From contig JAHITE010000081.1 of the NCBI GenBank assembly GCA_018817585.1, positions 68,549-132,548 on the forward strand: DNA of 64,000 nucleotides, given 5' to 3'. Shown here piece by piece: positions 19,857 through 28,705 of this stretch (position 1 is the first letter of the stretch; every line of letters starts with the position of its first letter). Below the pieces are notes generated by a model. It did no database searches, was not told the DNA's origin, and was given only the letters and a program-made list of their open reading frames with translations. The stretch is from Candidatus Omnitrophota bacterium. Its GTDB lineage: Bacteria > Omnitrophota > Gorgyraeia > B26-G9. Position numbers and translations under genes: made by a program.

Positions 19857-20636
19857 CTAATAATTCTTATATGGTTCATAAAATATTACATTTGAAAAAT
19901 TGTGCAAATCGTTAACCCCTTTTATGTTCGGATCAATAGCAAGATGAAATTCAACATTCGGATGCTTCAAAATAAGTTTCCTTATAATATAAGGTTCCTG
20001 AGAAAACAGATGATGGGTTTTCGTAGGAGTTTTTTTACTCTTATCAAAATAATGTGATTTATCTGACGTAAAGAAATCAAAACCAGTAATGATTATTTTC
20101 TTAGGCTGCAAATCAAGAGCCAACATTATGGACATAAGGCCAGTACTTGCAACAGGCCATTTGTAGCCCAGGATTTTAAATATACGGCTTCCAACGATAG
20201 TATAGGTAAAAAATTTTATAAAGCTTAATATCTCGTTTGCGGAGGTTACGTTAAAAAAATAATAGCTATTGGGTATGAATATTTTATACGAGTGGAAATA
20301 TTTACTGCCATCAAAAATATCTTGCCGCCAATTGCTTCCATAGTTTATATTGGGGATTGAAGACCATATTATTTTGATGCCATTGTTTATTAAATATTCG
20401 GGGGTTTTCATGAGATCTTTTTTATGAAAATTCGTCACAAATACATCAGTTTTCGTACCAATAAATGATGTATACTCTTTTTTGATTTGAAAATTATTCA
20501 TTCTGAGCACGCAAGAATAATTATCGATCAGAGTACCGATTCTATAGTAAAGCGCAGATGGAGCATTCCCAATAACTGCTATAGTATCAGTTTTGCACTC
20601 TTCCTTTATTTTATTCCAACAATTAATCATTAACAT
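19857..20636 (-). CDS. GT29 (sialyltransferase-like) glycosyltransferase
   Basis: Sialylmotif L (AVIGNAPS..IGTLID..VLRMNN..GTKT), S (STGLMSIMLAL..ITGFD), III (HYFD) and VS (HLFSQE). Confidence 0.8.
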   Translation of the reverse strand: MLMINCWNKIKEECKTDTIAVIGNAPSALYYRIGTLIDNYSCVLRMNNFQIKKEYTSFIGTKTDVFVTNFHKKDLMKTPEYLINNGIKIIWSSIPNINYGSNWRQDIFDGSKYFHSYKIFIPNSYYFFNVTSANEILSFIKFFTYTIVGSRIFKILGYKWPVASTGLMSIMLALDLQPKKIIITGFDFFTSDKSHYFDKSKKTPTKTHHLFSQEPYIIRKLILKHPNVEFHLAIDPNIKGVNDLHNFSNVIFYEPYKNY

Positions 20637-20679
20637 ATTATATTTTCAATTGTAGTTATACTTATTTTGAGAATTTAAT

Positions 20680-21552
20680 TCATTGACTAAGCATGTAATT
20701 GACTTCGCTTTTACCCATTACGGGTTGAGAAAATAAAAATTCTTGAAATTCTTTAAAAACAGTAGGATTAGACAATGACCATTTTATGCTTCTTTCTATT
20801 TGTCTTTTGGTACTGCATATTTTTATCGGCAATTTACTCCATTCAATTAGCGATTCTATTTTATTTGAATTGCTAATTAAAGGTACCACTGGTATTCCTG
20901 CTAATCCAGCAGCATATAGACCATGATGTTGACCCGTAACGTATAACTTACATTTTTTTAAGGTCGCTATCACATCTTCAAAAGGTAAATCTAAATAAAG
21001 TTTTGGATAAGGAAAGCGCAATAGCAATTTTTTCATGCTGATCATCTTAGGAAACGAAAATTTTCTTGTGTCCCAATGAGCTCCACCTATGACTATTTCT
21101 TCTTCAAATTTGGCTACACCACTATTTCTAAACATAGGATCAGCACATAAATCCAAAAATAATTTAGGTTTCCCTCTACATTTTCTAGCATTCTCTAAAC
21201 TAATAATGTCTCTAACTGAAAAATAATTCAATTTTTCTAAAACATCATTATAATATGGTGCTTTCTCTTGGAACAAAGCATTAATAAGAAATGTTTTTTT
21301 GTTCATTTGTTGAGCTGTTCTTAAAGTTGCCATTAAAAAATTTCCTGCATTTGACCTATGATGGATTGTCCCTTCTCCATTCACTAAAACTGCATCGCAA
21401 TCTTTAAATAATCCTACGTCGTATCGAAATTCATTAACCTTATGAATACCTAATATCTCATGACCTCTTAATTTATCATAGATAGATCGCATAACAGCGT
21501 CACTACCAGAGTGAACGATATTCATAGTGTCATTAAATATATATATTTTCAT
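20680..21552 (-). CDS. polysaccharide pyruvyl transferase-like protein
   Basis: HSGSDAV, VLVNGEGTIHH, FSVRDIIS, VTGQHHG, SNKIESL resemble the PS_pyruv_trans pattern. Confidence 0.7.
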   Translation of the reverse strand: MKIYIFNDTMNIVHSGSDAVMRSIYDKLRGHEILGIHKVNEFRYDVGLFKDCDAVLVNGEGTIHHRSNAGNFLMATLRTAQQMNKKTFLINALFQEKAPYYNDVLEKLNYFSVRDIISLENARKCRGKPKLFLDLCADPMFRNSGVAKFEEEIVIGGAHWDTRKFSFPKMISMKKLLLRFPYPKLYLDLPFEDVIATLKKCKLYVTGQHHGLYAAGLAGIPVVPLISNSNKIESLIEWSKLPIKICSTKRQIERSIKWSLSNPTVFKEFQEFLFSQPVMGKSEVNYMLSQ

Positions 21553-21585
21553 ATCTCTAAAGTCTTCTATTCCTTATTTCAATAA

Positions 21586-22785
21586 TTATATCGATTCTAT
21601 ATTCACATCACTCTCAGCAATAATTATTCCGTTTTCGCCTAAATTGATTCCGTTCATCCCCTCTGAATTATCTTTCACAAATAAATCGACAATACGACCA
21701 TTAATCCCATAAGTACAAAGAGGATTTAAACGATCCCTTAATCTTACACTAACATGATAGTGCCCATAAGATAGCGATAAATTACCGACATTAAACTTGA
21801 CTTTATATCTTCCTGACCTTAAAGATGATAAAGTATCTCCTGAAACAATATTACAAACCCTTACATCACCTTTCCATAAAATCGCAACAATATTAGGATT
21901 TTTGATGGATATTGTTGTTTGAAATTCTAATTCTAAGTCTATTTGAGAATTTGTTCTTTTTATATTTCCTTTAGTAAAAATTATCGGGTTTTCTTTATCG
22001 ATTGTACTTGTTGGCTCGCTGTTACAACTTTCAATATTACCTATATATTTTCTAATAACTTCCATTGTTTCCCCTTCATCTTTCAACCTTCCATTTGAAA
22101 GATGCATAGTCTTTTTACAAACTCTTTCAATTGCTATCATAGAATGAGATACTAAAATCACTGTTGTCCCAGAATCAAGAAGCTCATTCATACGTCGGAA
22201 ACATTTTATTTGAAAACCCTGATCCCCTACACTTAATATTTCATCTATTAAAAGAATATCCGGTCTGCAATGCACTGCCACAGCAAAACCCAAGCGTACA
22301 AACATACCGCTTGAATAAAATTTAACCGGTGAATCAATAAAATCACCGATATTTGCAAAATCAATTATTGAATCAAACTTTTTATCCACTTCATTTTTAG
22401 ACATTCCCAATATTGCTGCATTAAGATATATATTTTCTCTGCCAGTCAACATAGGATGAAATCCAGCACCTACTTGAATAAGTGCCCCGACTCTGCCACA
22501 GACAGTTATTTTTCCTTTATCCGGCCAAAAAATACCATTAAGCATTTTTAATAAAGTTGTTTTACCTGATCCATTTGGACCGATAATTCCCAGCGTTTCT
22601 CCCCTTTTCAACTCAAAAGATATATCATTTAAGGCCCAGAATTCTTCTTTGCGCAATACTCCCGAGTGAGAACTAAAGCCCAAACTATTTCTTGCAATAT
22701 CAGTTATTCCATGCATCATTGAACGTTTCAGAGATTTACAATATTTTTTTGATACATGTTCTACTTTTATCGCCAAATCACCCAT
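21586..22785 (-). CDS. wzt: polysaccharide ABC exporter ATPase Wzt with C-terminal extension
   Basis: FWALNDISF, GPNGSGKTT, YSSGMFVRLGF, LLIDEILSVGD; beta-rich C-terminal domain; probable start MGDLAIKV. Confidence 0.92.
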   Translation of the reverse strand: MGDLAIKVEHVSKKYCKSLKRSMMHGITDIARNSLGFSSHSGVLRKEEFWALNDISFELKRGETLGIIGPNGSGKTTLLKMLNGIFWPDKGKITVCGRVGALIQVGAGFHPMLTGRENIYLNAAILGMSKNEVDKKFDSIIDFANIGDFIDSPVKFYSSGMFVRLGFAVAVHCRPDILLIDEILSVGDQGFQIKCFRRMNELLDSGTTVILVSHSMIAIERVCKKTMHLSNGRLKDEGETMEVIRKYIGNIESCNSEPTSTIDKENPIIFTKGNIKRTNSQIDLELEFQTTISIKNPNIVAILWKGDVRVCNIVSGDTLSSLRSGRYKVKFNVGNLSLSYGHYHVSVRLRDRLNPLCTYGINGRIVDLFVKDNSEGMNGINLGENGIIIAESDVNIESI

Positions 22786-22786
22786 T

Positions 22787-23656
22787 TTATACCCTCTCGG
22801 CAATTCTTGTTTCCGTTAAATGAAAAATCACTAAACAACTGGTAAAAAAAACTAACGATAGTACTACGGATATAAAAAAACCAGTCCAATCCGACTTTGA
22901 ATTCATAATACCCATCAATAGAATATTTCTAGGCACACAAATAAGATAATATAGTATATTATAATTTGTCAGATCGGCGAATGTACCTGATACAGGTTTA
23001 GCATATAAAACAGGGGTCAAAAGCATACAAAAAGTCATAAGGAGTGAAAGAGCATTACCAATATCGCGAAATATCCCATTAAGTAGAGACAAAATAAAGC
23101 CCAACCCCAGAGAAAATAATATGATCGGTAATACAAGTACTGGTAAAAACAAAATTATAATACTAGGCATATGCTGATAATAAATAAATAATATTCCCAA
23201 AAAGACAATCTGGATTATAAAAGAAACTATTGCCTGTCCGAAAGAAGCAATAACCAAGGATTTTTTTGAGAAATTGATCTTTACTATCATCGGGCCAGCT
23301 TTTACAAGAGAATTGGAAGTAGCAATTAAACCCGTAGCGAATAGCTGCCAAAAAGCTATTCCCAAAATAGCATATAATGGATATGGGACTTGGATATTAC
23401 CAAAAGTAAATATTCCTGAACCTTTTAGAATCAAAAATGTCCCCACACTCACTAAAGGAAAAATAAACACCCATACAATTCCAAAGAATGATTGTTTATA
23501 AAGAGTCAAAAAATCCCTTTTGAATAACTGATAACAAAGCCATTGGTTACTTTTAAGTTCATTGAATATTTCTTTAAAAATAGATAAATATCCTTTTTTG
23601 ATCGAATTATCCGGCTCATAAGTAACCATCGTCTCTTTGCTTTGCACCAAATTCAT
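22787..23656 (-). CDS. wzm: polysaccharide ABC exporter permease Wzm
   Basis: RDFLTLYKQSFFGIVW, six TM segments, FRDIG, TPVLY. Confidence 0.92.
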   Translation of the reverse strand: MNLVQSKETMVTYEPDNSIKKGYLSIFKEIFNELKSNQWLCYQLFKRDFLTLYKQSFFGIVWVFIFPLVSVGTFLILKGSGIFTFGNIQVPYPLYAILGIAFWQLFATGLIATSNSLVKAGPMIVKINFSKKSLVIASFGQAIVSFIIQIVFLGILFIYYQHMPSIIILFLPVLVLPIILFSLGLGFILSLLNGIFRDIGNALSLLMTFCMLLTPVLYAKPVSGTFADLTNYNILYYLICVPRNILLMGIMNSKSDWTGFFISVVLSLVFFTSCLVIFHLTETRIAERV

Positions 23657-23775
23657 AAATACCCCTTATTTGTGAAGCGGAAAAAGCTCAAGCCTACCTA
23701 AAACATTGCTTACTTTTTTATGCATCTTCTCAACATCCTTTAAAAGAAAAGAATTGGATATTTTCAATAAGCTCA

Positions 23776-24660
23776 TTATCTTTTATTTACAAAACCGATG
23801 AGCCAGACATAAAACATATATTTAAGATCAAAAGGAGATAAATCTAAAGCCATTTCCAAATATTTCCGGCTTTTTGCTTTATTGTTATTTTTGTAAAAAC
23901 CCCGGCCTAAAATATAATAATATTTGGCCAGCAGTTTAGGATAAAGCAAAAACTCTTTTGAGAATTTTTTAATAATTCTTTCCAGAGCTTCATTAAAATC
24001 ATTAGATTTTTCGGATATCGCGTCTGGCGTTCTATAAACCAGGACTAATGGCTGATTAATATAAAAAACCTTGTACTTTTTAGCTAAGCGCAGCCAAAGT
24101 TCCCAATCCTGTAAGCAAGGCAGTTTTTCATCAAACATTCCTAATCGTCGCAAACAGGTACTGCGAAGCAGAACATGAATCGTCAGAAAATTTCCAAATA
24201 AAAGATTTTTATAAATATCTCCGCTGCGTTTAAGCCCAAGACTCCTATCTGGGAAAAAAACTTTTCTTTTTGATTGAACCTTCCAAACCGCGGAATAAAC
24301 CACGCCCAGATCATCTGGAGCATTCTTTAAAACCTTAACCTGCTTTTCCAATTTTTCCTTTAACCAGACATCATCGCTGTCAGCAAAAGCAATAAACTCA
24401 CCAAAAGCGATTTTCAGGCCTTCATTGCGGGCAAAGGCAGCTCCATTGTGCTTACTTAAAAAAATATACTTAATTCGCGGATCATTAAACCCGGATATAA
24501 TCGGTGCTGTCGCGTCTGTTGAACAGTCATCAATCACAATTAATTCAAAATCTGAATAAGTTTGTTCCAAAATGCTTTTAACTGCGCGGGAAATCAATCC
24601 CGCGCGATTATATGTGGGAAGGACAATACTAACCTTAGGAGCTTTGATTTCAACATTCAT
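23776..24660 (-). CDS. glycosyltransferase family 2
   Basis: VSIVLPTYNR, IDDCSTD, ADSDD, QDWELWLR; paralog of 18788-19723. Confidence 0.92.
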   Translation of the reverse strand: MNVEIKAPKVSIVLPTYNRAGLISRAVKSILEQTYSDFELIVIDDCSTDATAPIISGFNDPRIKYIFLSKHNGAAFARNEGLKIAFGEFIAFADSDDVWLKEKLEKQVKVLKNAPDDLGVVYSAVWKVQSKRKVFFPDRSLGLKRSGDIYKNLLFGNFLTIHVLLRSTCLRRLGMFDEKLPCLQDWELWLRLAKKYKVFYINQPLVLVYRTPDAISEKSNDFNEALERIIKKFSKEFLLYPKLLAKYYYILGRGFYKNNNKAKSRKYLEMALDLSPFDLKYMFYVWLIGFVNKR

Positions 24661-24673
24661 TTTTAAAAATATC

Positions 24674-24832
24674 CTATATAGGTAAAGCCTGCTCTTTAAG
24701 CATCACGGGGATATCATCCTTTATCGGAAAAGCCAGCTTACACTGCTGACAGATAAGCTTATCTTGTTTTAATTCAACTGACTGTTTACAAACCGGACAA
24801 GCCAGTATTTCCAACAATTCTTTACTAATCAT
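24674..24832 (-). CDS. Trm112/YcaR family protein (52 aa; absent from ORF track)
   Basis: Manual translation [52 protein letters not shown]; AGGAGG ribosome-binding site upstream. Confidence 0.92.
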   Translation of the reverse strand: MISKELLEILACPVCKQSVELKQDKLICQQCKLAFPIKDDIPVMLKEQALPI

Positions 24833-25000
24833 CAGATACCTCCTTTATTATTTCCGCGCCATTGAATAAAACAAAGCCCCGGCACTGACAAAAAACACTG
24901 AAGCCGCAAACTGGATACAAAAACAAGCGGCAGAACAAGCAATATTGAACAAAAAAACAATGGAACATTCACTTTTTGAATAACTTGAAGCAAATCAGTC

Positions 25001-25038
25001 TTAAACTTAAATATAGCAAACTATATATTTAAGTTTAA
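25001..25038. repeat. AT-rich imperfect inverted repeat (possible terminator or operator)
   Basis: ttaaacttaaatatag-caaa-ctat(at)atttaagtttaa. Confidence 0.45.
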
Positions 25039-25114
25039 TTATATCATAGCATTGAGGAATCTTATAGATTTTTATCGTTGCAAACCCAAACAATTTCCAG
25101 AGTTTAAAAGAAAT

Positions 25115-25786
25115 TTAAAGGATTTTATGACTGTTTAAAGTAGGCAGCGAACCATCTATTGTGAAAAAGATGTTTTCAGAATCCAATAAAAAATTCTTAT
25201 TTCCGCTTTGGCCTGGATTCAGGGGAAAAGCTAATACCTGATAATTCTCCACAGTTTTTTTATAGCGAATATTGTATATTTTTTTAATTTTCGCGTAAAA
25301 TTCAGGCTCGATATTTGCCTGACTGTTTAAAATCAGCGTGTTTAAATCCTGAGGATAAGTTTGCTTATTTTGATTTTCTATCCTGCAGGCATCGCGAATC
25401 TGTTTTAAAAATAAAACAACATTCTGTTCATTAAGATTAATTATCTTTTTATTTTTTTCTAATAAAAAATCATTCCATTCTGTTTCCAGTTTACGCTCAA
25501 TCCCAACCTGATCGATTTCCTTACCTTCCGCTCTTTGCGCGTCCTTCCATTTTTCTATTTCTTTTTGCCGTATTTTCCTTAAATTATCCGGATCTTTTAA
25601 AATCAATTCTTCCCATCGCTGCATTTGGCCTTGGGACATTTCCGCGTTCTTTTCTACTAAAACTTGCAGCTTTTCCATTTCATATCGCTCAGCTTCCGTC
25701 AAACCAGCAAAAACATTTGCCGTAAAAACAAAACCAAAAAAAACTGTAATCCAGCAGTTTTTGATAATCCGCGTACTCAGTCTCAT
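25115..25786 (-). CDS. exported hypothetical protein with a pilin-head-like C-terminal region
   Basis: Signal peptide ending VFA; TYPQDLNTL...YQVLAFPLNPGQSGNKNFLLD. Confidence 0.6.
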   Translation of the reverse strand: MRLSTRIIKNCWITVFFGFVFTANVFAGLTEAERYEMEKLQVLVEKNAEMSQGQMQRWEELILKDPDNLRKIRQKEIEKWKDAQRAEGKEIDQVGIERKLETEWNDFLLEKNKKIINLNEQNVVLFLKQIRDACRIENQNKQTYPQDLNTLILNSQANIEPEFYAKIKKIYNIRYKKTVENYQVLAFPLNPGQSGNKNFLLDSENIFFTIDGSLPTLNSHKIL

Positions 25787-25798
25787 GAAAAACTCCTT

Positions 25799-26281
25799 TT
25801 AATAAACCTTGCTCTTCGAAAATTTAGCCCAAGAGGTAAACAATTCAATATTTTCTTTAATCAATACATTTTTAATTAACTTAATATTGCTTGCTCCGTT
25901 TTTTTTCATTTTAAGGTTGGAAATTGCCAGCTCATTAAAACCGGCTTTTTTCGCGTCTTTAATTCCCGCTCCATAAACAATTGTCTTAATCCCTGCCCAA
26001 TGCGCGGCGGAAAAGCACATGGGACAAGGCTCACAGGTAGAATACAGCGTTGCGCCTGCCAGGCTGATTGATTTATTTCTTTTACAAGCCAAGCGGATAG
26101 CCACAATCTCAGCATGCGCGGTAATGTCTGTGGATACCCATACTTTATTATGGGCCAAGGCAATAATCAGATTGTTTTTTACAATACACGCCCCGAAAGG
26201 AGTCTGACCTTTCCTGATCCCTTTTTGGGCACAGTTTATTGCTTTATTCATAAAATATTCATTTTTAGTAGATTCCGGCAT
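25799..26281 (-). CDS. zinc-dependent nucleoside/guanine deaminase (GuaD-like, CDA fold)
   Basis: PFGACIV, TAHAEIVAIR, CEPCPMC, DAKKAGF. Confidence 0.88.
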   Translation of the reverse strand: MPESTKNEYFMNKAINCAQKGIRKGQTPFGACIVKNNLIIALAHNKVWVSTDITAHAEIVAIRLACKRNKSISLAGATLYSTCEPCPMCFSAAHWAGIKTIVYGAGIKDAKKAGFNELAISNLKMKKNGASNIKLIKNVLIKENIELFTSWAKFSKSKVY

Positions 26282-26341
26282 TTTTCCTTTTTAAAACCAG
26301 GTTTTAGATTATTCAGATCGAATTTTGTTTATAAATAATGC

Positions 26342-26698
26342 TTATTTGTAGACATCACAGCCAGGACATCTCCAATCAGTTCCTTCAATCCGCTGCGGAT
26401 GCTGCTCACATTTAAGATTAATCGCGCCAAAGTCATGATAACTAATACACTCTTTTACAAAAGCCTCATAAGAATTTTTAGTAAAAGCATATTTAAAAAA
26501 CATACAATCGCTTTTTCTAAACACCCAGTCTTTAAGAGTTTCGTTTAAATTTTTATCCGAACGCCCGACATAAACCACAACAAAATTAACATCCGCAATA
26601 TAGCCTAAAGCAAAAGCGCCTGGCTGCATCGAGGTTACAACTTCGTCAATTTTATCGGGTATGAGCAGATAAGGCCCTTCCATATTAAGTGACGCCAT
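26342..26698 (-). CDS. small GIY-YIG-like protein with C-terminal CxxC
   Basis: GAFALG...VYVGRS, EAFVKEC..YH, HP...CPGC; AGGAGG ribosome-binding site. Confidence 0.6.
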   Translation of the reverse strand: MASLNMEGPYLLIPDKIDEVVTSMQPGAFALGYIADVNFVVVYVGRSDKNLNETLKDWVFRKSDCMFFKYAFTKNSYEAFVKECISYHDFGAINLKCEQHPQRIEGTDWRCPGCDVYK

Positions 26699-26897
26699 TT
26701 ATTTCCTCCTGGCAATTTTTTTAAATAAATATTTTTTAGCTTCTTCCACACTACTGCAAGTTTTAATCTCAACATGCTTAGAATAGTGAAATAATGACAT
26801 TTAAACCACCTAATTCCTCTCCCTGCTTAGCATCAAATATCCCGGAGAAATGCAGAGAGATCATATTAGCCAAACTGTCAACTTCAATTCTGAACAT
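26699..26897 (-). pseudogene. internally deleted and frameshifted STAS/SpoIIAA-like gene remnant
   Basis: N fragment MFRIEVDSLANMISLHFSGIFDAKQGEEL (GGAG upstream) joined out of frame to C fragment MSLFHYSKHVEIKTCSSVEEAKKYL; family assignment from recall. Confidence 0.55.
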
Positions 26898-27049
26898 AAA
26901 CATCTCCGATTTTATCTATTGAATTATCCCATCATTATCTTACTGCTCGAATAAGCATTTATCAAGTCAAAACTTTGTTTAGCCTGATTATCCGCGGAAA
27001 AAGCTTAATTTACTTGCCATATTTTTAAATCTGCCATATAATAAATTTT

Positions 27050-27616
27050 ATGAAAAATACTATCCGCGGATTCATTGCTCTGGAATTAAGCCCAAAGCTA
27101 CGAGAAGAGCTTGAAAAAATTCAAAAAAAACTAAAACATCTTTCCGGTGAAATTTCCTGGACTATCCCGAATAATCTGCATCTTAGTGTATATTTTCTAG
27201 GAAATATTTCTCAGGAACAAATCAGCATTGTTAAGGCAATTAAAGAAAACATTGCTAAAAAAATAAAAAGTTTTCCCATTGCTTTAGGGGTATTAGGTGT
27301 TTTCCCATTTAAACAAGAACATCAGGTTCTTTGGGCTGGAATAAGCAGCGGCTACAGCCAAATAACTCAAATCAACACCTTATTTTCAAAAGAATTAAAA
27401 GCAATAAACATCAAAGCCGGTGATAAACACTTTCATCCTCATATTACCCTGGCTCGAATAAAATCACTTCAGAATAAAACCGAACTTACTGAAATCATTG
27501 ACAATATGAAACTAAGCATTGCTAATGAAGAACTGCACAAATTAGTTTTATATAAAAGTGAATTAAACAGTAGTGGCGCTATTTATTCTAAGATTTCAGA
27601 AGTGGAATTGGGATAG
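27050..27616 (+). CDS. thpR: RNA 2',3'-cyclic phosphodiesterase (2H family)
   Basis: RGFIAL, LHLSVYFLG, VLWAG, FHPHITLAR, YKSEL..SGAIY. Confidence 0.92.
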   Translation: MKNTIRGFIALELSPKLREELEKIQKKLKHLSGEISWTIPNNLHLSVYFLGNISQEQISIVKAIKENIAKKIKSFPIALGVLGVFPFKQEHQVLWAGISSGYSQITQINTLFSKELKAINIKAGDKHFHPHITLARIKSLQNKTELTEIIDNMKLSIANEELHKLVLYKSELNSSGAIYSKISEVELG

Positions 27617-27675
27617 CTTGAAATAACCTTAAGTTTTGACTATTAGAATCTAACTCTAAATTAATCATCCATTTT

Positions 27676-28143
27676 TTAACCAAATAATTTAATCAAATGA
27701 TTTATTACTTTTAAAAAAATAATCGCGTAGCCAGCGGCAGCAAGATCATCAAGCATTATCCCGGCACTGCCTTTAATCTTTTCTAACCGCTTTATCTGAA
27801 ATGGTTTAATAATGTCAAACAGCCTAAACAAAACAAATCCGGCAATTACATTAAATAAGCTGATTTTCACAAAACAATAACATAAAAGCATGCCGCTTAC
27901 TTCATCAATCACAATACAAGACGGATCTTTTTGGGAAAATACTTTCTCCGCTAAGCCGCAAAAAACAAACCCCAACAGCGTAATAATAATTGTCGCCAGA
28001 ATAACCGCAAGGCTGCTCTTGCCTAAGCAAAGAAAGATAATAACCCCGGCTAATGATCCAAATGTCCCTGGCATATACGGAACATATCCCAGGTAAAAAA
28101 AAGTCACAATCAGTTTAGTGAGTTTTTCAGTTTTTAAATTCAT
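27676..28143 (-). CDS. pgpA: phosphatidylglycerophosphatase A
   Basis: PGTFGS, KDPSCIVIDEVSG, FRLFDIIKP, GIMLDDLAA. Confidence 0.95.
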   Translation of the reverse strand: MNLKTEKLTKLIVTFFYLGYVPYMPGTFGSLAGVIIFLCLGKSSLAVILATIIITLLGFVFCGLAEKVFSQKDPSCIVIDEVSGMLLCYCFVKISLFNVIAGFVLFRLFDIIKPFQIKRLEKIKGSAGIMLDDLAAAGYAIIFLKVINHLIKLFG

Positions 28144-28705
28144 TTTTATTTTTCAAAAAATATGAAATCCCCGATACAAGCGTAAGGCCAATAGTAATAT
28201 ACATCACAAAGTTTATAATGTTTATTGAACTGATTTGCCAAGCCTGACTCCAGAAGTCATATTTATTAGTCCCGGCTTCTTTTATCACAATAAAGCTTAA
28301 AATAATAAAAATCGCGATCATCTGTCCAACGGTTTTATATTTACCCCAGATTGATGCGGCAATAACTTTACCTTTACGCGCTAAAACCAGCCGAATTCCG
28401 GTAATTAACAATTCCCGGAATATTATTATCACTAGCATCCAGACAGGAATAATCCGCATATACACAAACGCGGAAAAAGCGGCTAATACCAGAATTTTAT
28501 CGGCAATCGGGTCAAGCAATTTGCCTAAATCCGTAATTAAATTATATTTACGCGCGATATAACCATCAAAAAAATCAGTTAACGAAGCAATCAAAAAAAC
28601 AGCAAAAGCCAATGTTTTAGCTAAAAACCCCTGCGAAAAAATAAAAATAATAAATATAAAACTCAGGATAATGCGCGTAACAGTTAGTTTATTGGGCAGA
28701 TTCAT
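28127..28705 (-). CDS. pgsA: CDP-diacylglycerol--glycerol-3-phosphate phosphatidyltransferase
   Basis: NLPNKLT, TDFFDGYIARK, GKLLDPIADK. Confidence 0.95.
   Translation of the reverse strand: MNLPNKLTVTRIILSFIFIIFIFSQGFLAKTLAFAVFLIASLTDFFDGYIARKYNLITDLGKLLDPIADKILVLAAFSAFVYMRIIPVWMLVIIIFRELLITGIRLVLARKGKVIAASIWGKYKTVGQMIAIFIILSFIVIKEAGTNKYDFWSQAWQISSINIINFVMYITIGLTLVSGISYFLKNKNEFKN

Noticed and set aside
25799-26281. Deaminase as tRNA deaminase TadA or an anti-phage dCTP deaminase
   Set aside because: Sequence fits the GuaD-like group (PFGA, DAKKAGF); lacks TadA EVPVGA and the kinase domain of defence deaminases
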